This document shows, piece after piece, positions 55,681 through 64,000 of a stretch of DNA of 64,000 nucleotides. Numbering within the stretch: position 1 is the first letter of the stretch; every line of letters starts with the position of its first letter. The DNA comes from Glycera tridactyla (Eukaryota): NCBI GenBank assembly GCA_965644265.1, contig OZ286474.1, positions 23,560,001-23,624,000 on the forward strand, read 5' to 3'. The notes under the pieces were generated by a model that was given only the letters and a program-made list of their open reading frames with translations, did no database searches and was not told the origin of the DNA. A program made the position numbers and the translations under genes.

Positions 55681-57399
55681 TAGCATATATAAGGGGAAGG
55701 ATTAAAAAATATATGCTGGTGCGAATTGGTACGGAAGGTCCCATTAAGTGGTCAAAATGATGTACTGATTTACGTCATTTCTAATATGAAGCTTGATATC
55801 TGACTAATTATTCACCAGTTATATGTATAGTGACTTAAATGATTAGAATTTGCTGAAAGGTGGTGAGCTGCATCACTCTTCTGAGCATAGAAGTCAGATA
55901 CCTTCACATTTGCCAGAATGTCAAGATGACATACAACAGAAATTGGTTTTGTGGACATCACCTCATGGACACCTGAATACATGCCAATCTAAAATCATGT
56001 ACATGGGATGCTTGAAATATCTGCTACTTGAAACTGCTGAACATAGTTATACTTGGCCTGCAACAGAGTTTTACAACTCACAATGTGTCCATCTTATGTA
56101 CACCATACAAATCACCTTGGTACAGAACAACTACCAGAGGAGGATTGTCAGCTTTCTGCATAAGCATCCTGCATGAAATGATCATTGACAATATGTAACT
56201 TAGAGACAGCTGTGATATCTGTCAGATTTGGGATATGGTATTGAATGCAACAGGTATTTCTATTTACTTTTTCAAAATATTTGATGAAGACAGCAATATT
56301 TTCATTACTTGAAGAGATATCAAACTGAAACTTTCAGAATATGTGACCAACACACTGGCCCACAAGAAAAAGTAGCTAAAAACCTGGAATGGGAGGATTT
56401 TTTTTCTCACTGCAATGTAACGCATTGTGCACCAGGTTTCTGGACATGCCCATATTCAAGATACTTATCAATCACACTTAACAGATTTTTGTCCATGAAC
56501 AGAGCAGAAAATGTGGAAAATCTCTATATACTTCAAAATCCGAAAAGTGTCCGTCCGAAACGGACCCAAAAAAGCGCCCCCTACTGAATTTTTTTACATG
56601 TATTGCCAAAAAAAGTGTGTAATATATGGAGTGCAGTGAGTTGAATGAAGTATCCAAGAAATAGTTTCAGTGTCACTTATATTTTTCTCACAAGACCAAA
56701 ATAATCGCTCCAAAATGTCCGTCCGAAACAGAAAAAATACCATGGAATGACCCAGCAGCTCAGCTTCCATAAAAGGTCTTTATCTGTACTGTCTTGACTG
56801 GCCAATCTAGAGTTTGACATTAAAGGTTGTCCCATAGTCCAGAACCACTTGAAATTCATGGACAAATAAACTCATAACGAACATGTCCACTGGAAAAAAC
56901 TTCATAAACTATCAGGGCTCCATGTTGGCCAAAATATTTAGGAGGAAGCTGGCCTCTATTTTCATATTTTTGGTAGCAATTGCCGAATGTTGGTAGCCAA
57001 ACAATACATAGCCAATTACAACCCCTCAACATTTTACGGGCAGCGGACTCCTAACTTTTAAAATATGGTGGCCAGAGGGTAAATTTGGTAGCCACCGGCT
57101 ACCCTCAGGTAGCAATGTAGAGCCCTATATTTTGAGTTCCCTCTATAGATAATCAGTGAAGTCAAATGCTAAAGAAAAATTTGCTTCGCTTTAATAATTT
57201 GCTTGAGTAATTTTCAATTCTGAAATCCCGATGACACAGAGGTGGTGGAGAGCTTTCCTTAATTTCACTTGATTTCCTGAAGAAAAAAAACATATATTGA
57301 ATGTTCTTCATACACCGTTTTACAATCTCCTTCCATGCCACACTGAATGAACTTCCAGGAACAAGAAACCTGCGGTTTAGACTGCACAAAAAAGTAGCC

Positions 57400-57650
57400 A
57401 ACCCCACCGCCGCTTGTGATCGCGCTACTACTGCTACGTCACAGCCGCGCTACGCGCGGCAACCACGACGCGCTACGCGCGACAACCGCTACGCGCGACA
57501 ACCGCTATGCAGTGGCCGCACGACGCAGTGGCCGCGCGACGCGCGGCGACCCCAATCAAGATGGTGGCGACTATCTCCGAGCGTTCGCAAAAGGCTCACT
57601 CCATGGCGCGCTGTGCGCGCCATTAGGATTGGCCGAAAAATTTATCCATG
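57400..57650. promoter_or_regulatory. CpG-dense patch with promoter-like motifs
   Basis: Repeated GCTACGCGCG units, CCAATC, YY1-like CAAGATGGTGGCG, palindrome ATGGCGCGC-TGT-GCGCGCCAT and reverse CCAAT (GATTGG). It could instead be a transposon interior. Confidence 0.35.
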
Positions 57651-58320
57651 ACATTTGAATCGAAATCTATACTGAAGAAGGGCACTTCGGAAAATGTTGA
57701 TTTTATGATTGTCAGCACTTAATGGAGACCATAAATATGCACTAGATGAGAATATTGTTAATACGAGGACATTAAATACTCGTAATCAAATATACCAAGA
57801 ATAATTTGTTGCCTTACATTGCCGCTGATCCAAGATCGCACCCAAACGATCATAAACGCCCAACCCCAGCGTGAGCTCACATGCGCTCCTGGCGTGCCAC
57901 ATGCACCCTGGGATCAGCTGATAGACAGGTGTCACAAAAAGGCGAACCGACTGGCACCTGCAAATGAAATGCATATGCACTCACCCCAAGTAATGATCTC
58001 CAAACTTCATCAGACTCACTGCAGACAGAACCCCATTTGGTTGTAGACACACACGATGAACACTGGTGATGAGCCTGTAGTCATCTGCGTCCTCAACATT
58101 CAGCTGTTATCAGGTTGCCATCCCTCCGACTAAGAGGTTCATACCAAACTCCCTTCAACAGACAACACAAGTCACATCACTTACCCATTATCGCCCAACA
58201 AAACAGGAGTGAATTCAGCATTGACAACGGGTATTTTCACAACATACACGGTCGCGATACGAAGAGCCGATGGTGTGTGGCACATTGGTGGTGAATTTTT
58301 TGTCGATTGACGTTTCTTAC

Positions 58321-58440
58321 CTACAAAATGACGGGATTCTTGGGAAAAATCCTCTCTCTTCCAGAAAGCCACGGAGGGGTATTAGTTCGCTGGGATCCCA
58401 ATCGGTGGCGAGTTGTTGACAAACGAGCGCCATCTGCAGG
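58321..58440 (-). other. Candidate first exon of the zinc-finger gene
   Basis: Minus strand CAGATGGCG (YY1/Kozak-like) at about 58436-58428; donor AG/GTAAGA with the intron starting at 58320; a second strong donor GG/GTAAGT at 58184. The strand matches the acceptor at 51116. Confidence 0.4.
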
Positions 58441-58509
58441 ACTGGGTGAAAACCTTCCCCACGTGTTCCCGGGGTCGAGAATCGCCCATGAATGTCTCAC
58501 CTTTTGCGC

Positions 58510-58510
<1 letters not shown>

Positions 58511-58586
<76 letters not shown>

Positions 58587-58597
58587 GCAAACACACA
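58511..58597. repeat. (TC)n then (AC)n microsatellite
   Basis: Read directly. Confidence 0.97.
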
Positions 58598-58638
58598 CAC
58601 ACTAGATGGATGGATGGATGGATTAAGAAAGAATGCAC

Positions 58639-59224
58639 CTAGTGCCGGGTACGTGGAGACCGTAAACACGTACCCAGCACAAGGAGCATTCTGGACTTAT
58701 CATCCGATAAATGGATAGAATAATGGATCAGCTTCAATTTGGTGTTTAGATTGTGAAAATCGGACCAGCGGTTGATGAGTTTCATCGATTTTTCTAGAGG
58801 CATTTTTCCTAGCGTTTGCTGTTACTCGGCACAAATTGAACGTTCGACACGGCCAGTTGACCCATGACCTCGATTGTTTCAATGCGGTTCGGCAACGTTC
58901 GGCAGCGTTCGGCAACGTTCGTAGACCAACACCACTGATCCAGTAGGCGTAAAGCACACGTGATTTTCACTATCAAATGAAAGCACAGCAGCAAGGCGGG
59001 AGGGTAGACGGCGAGAAAATACCCAATAGACCCGTTATCGGATGATATAGACGGACGGACGGACGGACGGACGGACGGACGGACGGACGGACGGACGGAC
59101 GGACGGACGGACGGACGGACGGACGGACGGACGGATAGGCAGACAGGCAGGTAGATTCCACTGACTGCGGGCAGACAGGCAGGCAGAAGCTGTCACGATG
59201 GGGCGCGGAAGTTCAGCTAGAAAA
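58639..59224 (-). mobile_element. HINE/Helentron-type non-autonomous element, apparently complete
   Basis: On the minus strand: 5' TTTTCTAGCTGAAC; a (GTCC)n microsatellite at about 59050-59135; a 13-bp inverted pair TATCATCCGATAA (59035-59047 and 58698-58710); a 9-bp-stem 3' hairpin GGGTACGTG/CACGTACCC (58647-58675); end CACTAG. Confidence 0.75.
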
Positions 59225-59784
59225 CGTTTACCATGCATCAGGATGTCTATTACTCATTCGGTGATGGGGTTTTATCTTGCCAAAATCTAACAATTTCTGG
59301 AATAAAAATCCGTCTAATCAATTCAACATCAAGGATATTACATTTCCTTTTTCGATTATTACATTTTTCAATAAATCAAAGCATAGACCATAGCCATGTG
59401 TGAGATAGACTTTGGTATAGGATTGATATATGGCGATTGATGATCTATTGCTTAAACATGTTCATGTTAGATAATCGTTAGGCTTGAAACTAATCATCGA
59501 CACTGCAATGATATTATGTCTTAATCAGTGGAGAATGCCGCACCCTGCAGCTGTTATATATGTGATCGTGCTAATACATGTTCTGTTAACTAAATCAATA
59601 GCTGGTGTGGGCTGCGTGGATCGGTGAACAGATATAAATGCTAATAAGTATATTCCCCATGTCAAGTGCATCAAATATGGACGGGAAAATCAATTCCCGG
59701 TGTGGAAAGTGGCGACTATAAGTGAAAATGTGTGGATAAGTCATATGTTAGGTCGGATAAATGGCCGAAAATACCCTGACTACA

Positions 59785-59956
59785 CAGTCAAAACTCCACT
59801 AAAGACCACCTCTCTATGAAGACCACCACCCTATAAAGGCCACCCTGAGCTGCGACCATGGTAATATTATCAACTGAGCTCTCTATAAAGACCACCTCCC
59901 GATAAAGGCCACTTTTTGATGCGACCAAAGGAGATATTTATAGAGATGTTCGACTG
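59785..59956. mobile_element. Mariner-type MITE, same family as 11708-11884
   Basis: CAGTC.AA.CT...AAAGACCACC repeats...GTTCGACTG followed by TA. More diverged than the 11708 copy. Confidence 0.75.
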
Positions 59957-60568
59957 TATTTACAATCATATTTCTCTATTCCCAATTATATTTTGATATG
60001 CCATTCATATCAACCTCCCATATATTTTGTATATACTTCTCCATACAGTCATTTCAGTGGTCTCCATTTCAATGTCTCCATCTCTATCTATTGAATTACC
60101 CTCCTATACTTTGATTCATCTTGCAACAAAGCTGGATATATGGCAAAAGAGACGCCCCCATCACATTGATACACAGGAGAAGAGGGTCAGATAATTGCCA
60201 ATTACAGCCACCCGACACCCCGAGGCAGATTACACAATTCTCGAGTTGCTGCCTTTTGTTGTAATGCGCTGACAGTTTACATGATGCGATTATTGATTTT
60301 ATACTTGATATGGACAGAGGAGAGAATACCTTTCTATGGGGAAAGTCACCATTTTCAAAGAAGATAGATGAGAAGTTTAGCATTCCACTGTCATTGCAAA
60401 TCCTGGTTGCATCACATCCGCCTATAGCCTCATTTACATGGGAGTTCATGCTCATACATGTGATATGTGACAGTAAAGTCATATTCAGCACATTGGGATC
60501 TTTACTATGATGATGATCCAGACATAGCAGTATCCAATGTATATACAAATTGCTTTATTGTACCTGAA

Positions 60569-60569
<1 letters not shown>

Positions 60570-60619
<50 letters not shown>

Positions 60620-60640
60620 CATATATATTTATATATATTC
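60570..60640. repeat. (TG)n(TA)n microsatellite
   Basis: Read directly. Another (TG)n lies at about 19657-19704. Confidence 0.95.
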
Positions 60641-61155
60641 ATAGGCCAATGTAGGGTCAGCTATAGAAAGGAAGGCAGAGCAGCAAGGTAGGCCATTCAA
60701 CATCAAAAGAGAGAACCATCACTCAGACGGGATCTGATATACTCAGACTTGCCACTCAGCCCCTCCTCCAAAGTGAGCCCACATTGGTCCTTAATCATAA
60801 GATCAAAAATCAGTCAGGTTTGATGAAGGTGGTGGGACACTCGTCAGTCTGAGCTCTCTGGATGAGGTGAGTACCCTGCCGCCCCTTTACTCAAGCCACT
60901 GTAGGCTCTCCCAACATGACTGACACGGGGGAGAGGGTGAGTGAGTGGGGTAAGCTGCCTATGGGGATAAGTTTAGCTATGTCTCCATCTTGTCTGCGTT
61001 CACAATGATTACGTCTCCCTCATGTCGACGTTCAACATGGATATGTCTTCCTCTTGTCTACGTTTACACACGATAGAGTTCAATCAAAGGAGGTTTATGA
61101 AAGACAGCAAGGTACACCAACAGATGGGAGAGGATACACTGAAATAGTTAACATG

Positions 61156-61332
61156 CAGTAAAACCTGTCTTGAGTGAAAAGTCACGGGACAAATTTTTTC
61201 TTTTGCTCAAGACAGGATTTTGCTTAGCGCAGGACAGTTATAGTGAGAAAAAAACATCCGGGCAGACCGTGGGGTATGTGCTTAAGACAGGCTTTTGCCT
61301 AGCGCAGGTTTACACTCAAGCAGGTTTCACTG
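61156..61332. mobile_element. Mariner-type MITE
   Basis: CAGTAAAACCTGTCTTGAGTG...CACTCAAGCAGGTTTCACTG followed by TA; the left flank is TG. Confidence 0.75.
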
Positions 61333-64000
61333 TAGTTGAAATCTTGTTTTTCTTGGGTGACCAACCTGTGACAATGTGACATCATGGATTTAAAGTTATA
61401 AGATGGTTTACCATGACCAAAACCAATCTTGCAAACAATTAACATTTTGAAGATTCAGAATACAATGGATGAATGTTACCCATGGGCTGTCCAATTGCAA
61501 CTAACGTCGCTTACGTTTGGCTACATTTTGTAATGGAAATGGGATTCTCATTCTTCTTCTGACACACTCAGGATATAGAATATAGGCTATGGTAGGGTAT
61601 TTGAAGAAAGGGAGGCAGAAGAAAATGCAACGGCATACACTTCAAACAACTGTGGATGACAATGACGCCAACAACAACAACAATACATATTCACTCCATT
61701 GTGAAATACCAACAAAGTCTTGAAAGTGAGCTTCGGTAAAGTCTGAATCACGTAAACTGAATGCTGTTATTCAGAATCGACTGAATGCAAAGTTTTATCG
61801 GCTGTCGCACCTCATCTTCATGCACCAATAGATGCAAAGCAAGGGTTGAACAACGAGATGGTGCACCCAATGGTTGAATGGTTACAGTTAACGTGTGCTG
61901 ACTTTTATCATGGAAACAGCATTCCTGTTCTTTTTTGACAAAATTGAGATAGTGATTAATTCCATTCTCGAATGGACAGTGAATAATGATTCAAGCCAGC
62001 AGTTCATTTTCTCCATGATCCAAGATGGTCACGTGACTTCGCATCATTGAAACCACCGGCGATCTTTCCGTGAAAATTGCCAATCAAGTGAGAGAAAATG
62101 ATAAGATCTGACGTTGTCTACAAGTTTCATCATCCAGGCTGAATATTCATGTTGAAGATGCTGGAATACGCTATTCAAATGTATGAAAGAATTGTTGCTT
62201 TGCCATCACAAGCCAACCCCACCACGCATGGCTAGTGCTAGTATTCATGTATATGTCAATGATAGAACCAGCAATGATGTATGTGCGTAGCGGGGCCATC
62301 AACTGACCCCTTGTGTTTAGCGCAAAATTACCTTTTAGGTCACATACAAACTTCCAATTTGGGGGATGTAGAGAGCTTGAAATGACTATGACTATGACTT
62401 TTTTACTGAGTTAGTTAATGTATGTACATAATTACCCAGTCCAAGACGACAGCCTTTCTTTACATCATTGGAACTGCAGATCTCATCAGCAAATATTTGT
62501 ATAAATGGCGAGATCACCAAAATGAGATGATAGAAACAGAAACTGTAATTGATATGCATCATCCACGCAAAACATGTACCCTGAAAATGACGAGATAATA
62601 ATTTCAGTTGACTGAGATGGATGAATGACCTGGTATCAAGCGATAGCGACCAGGTTCTCCTTCATGTATTTTGAACACAGGGCAGAGTCTGGTCCAAATC
62701 ATCCATCGGCAGTCACATCTCATCATGCTAGCTGCTAGTTATAGCCTGACAAGATGCCACCGTGATTGTAGAAGCTATGATTGATGGACAGTATGGTATC
62801 TGGGAAGCAATGAAAAGCTGTAGGTCTGATTTTGAGGCCTGCAACGCAGGTTTGACTGGAGAGCATGGAATCTCTCCAGAGTATTGTGTCAGGAAATGAC
62901 CAGGTTTATGACGATAATTAATTGATTTATTGAGTTGCCCATTGCACAGGTTACCTATTATTGTGGTTTATAACTTGTATTGATTGTGTTATTCTCATTT
63001 GATGCCTAGTCATCAAATACATATATTCATATATATATTCCTAGATATTAATGCATAATCCCCATTTAATCATATGTAGTTTTATTATGGTCATGTAGTC
63101 TTCAGTAGAAAATGTCCAGGAGAAATCCTTAGATTTCTCAGTATTAATATTATGCCAATTGACAGAATGTCCTATAAACATGTTTGGTTTCAGTCAGTTC
63201 TGTGTGGGGGAAGTTACCTATGCAAGCATCTTTCCCCCCACTTTCTACTATACACACACCAGGCAGGAACAGGGAACTCATTGTCAATACACTGACAATC
63301 TGATTTAGGAAGCCAGCAGTCCACACTTCAATGATGAAGTTAGCCAATTACTCCTAGATGTCCTGTCTTTCAATATATCATGTCAGATATTTATAATTTT
63401 CAGTCTACCCCCATCCTAGTATGAAGTCCTTTTCTCTGTGGACAGGTTGGTCTGAAAACAGCCATTTTCCCAGTGTCTGAAACAGACAACTATTAAAACA
63501 TTTCAGTAATGTAGTTTAAATAATATCTCATCATTAAAAGGTTAAATGCATGTACAGACAACTGGTCATGTAGGAAAGGGGCCTTAGCTACCCCAGCATC
63601 ACTTGTAGTGTATGCATACACCCCTCCTATATGCAGTTGTCATGCAAGACTGACCATGCACTCTTTCTAGCCTGCATCACTTTTAAATGTTTCCAGTCAT
63701 GTCAGTATTTCCACTGATTGGCTGGACAGATGAAGATCTCCTCTTCCTGAAATATACATAAGAAATACATTAGTCATATTACATATGTTGGTTATCACAT
63801 TTATGGTTTTTACATAATGTTTTATGTGTTTTATTCATAAATTATATGTGGTATGATTTGGTCTGCATGTGCGCTCAATAATGAGTCATTGGTTGAACAT
63901 GTTGTATCAGGGATGTAGGGAGGTGTGTATGATGCCACCAATGATGCTATGCGTGTGACAAACCCGGAAAGTCAGTGGTATTCAGGGTCACTCTGCTTCC

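Larger units (their letters stand above)
51839..56753. mobile_element. 4.9-kb non-autonomous TIR DNA transposon with a 4-bp TSD (Sola2-like by its termini)
   Basis: Perfect 18-bp TIR GGGTCATTCCATGGTATT (51839-51856) / AATACCATGGAATGACCC (56736-56753), with AGCA on both flanks (51835-51838, 56754-56757). Motif GTCCGTCCGAAAC is inverted near the left end (about 52020) and forward many times, including near the right end. No transposase ORF seen. Confidence 0.8.

Noticed and set aside
56913-57127. hAT-like MITE (CAGGGCTC...GAGCCCT)
   Set aside because: The terminal match is short and imperfect and there is no 8-bp TSD. Possible, but not supportable.
60645-60870. Cadherin-like cytoplasmic exon (FDEGGGTLVSLSSLDE followed by GTGAGT)
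   Set aside because: An in-frame TAA lies just upstream and there is no good acceptor or other cadherin exon. The stretch more likely is a decayed Penelope-like 3' end (AIQHQKREPSL followed by a TGATGAAGG motif).
61400-64000. Further host exons at the right end of the window
   Set aside because: Only isolated splice-like or promoter-like words (for example CAAGATGGTCACGTGAC near 62023) without an open, recognisable frame.

Overview
Repeat-rich animal genomic DNA, with spliceosomal introns, LTR/LINE/DNA transposons, microsatellites and two N-gaps. The (CAAC/CAAT)n-tailed retroposons and HINE-like repeats resemble those of molluscs or other lophotrochozoans; this is inference only. Three host genes are supported. 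Two are tandem paralogues (12267-12914 and 30953-31645, + strand) that the ORF track does not show as whole proteins because an intron splits them. Each encodes a 96-aa secreted peptide with a Tyr/Gly/His-rich N-terminus and a 4-Cys domain resembling a peritrophin-A (chitin-binding type 2) fold that has lost one disulfide pair. The third is an uninterrupted 11,988-bp ORF (38882-50869, - strand) for a 3995-aa protein with about 43 C2H2/C2HC zinc fingers, preceded by a cluster of SUMO-consensus and SIM-like motifs. The rest is mostly nested mobile DNA. It includes an intact BEL/Pao LTR retrotransposon with identical LTRs, a CR1-type LINE, and I-clade LINE remnants, one of them split by a 7.4-kb insertion with inverted ends. 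There is also a 4.9-kb TIR element with a 4-bp TSD carrying internal satellite arrays, a Harbinger-like element holding a microsatellite fold-back, several MITEs and HINE-like elements. All calls are by eye; no database searches were run.
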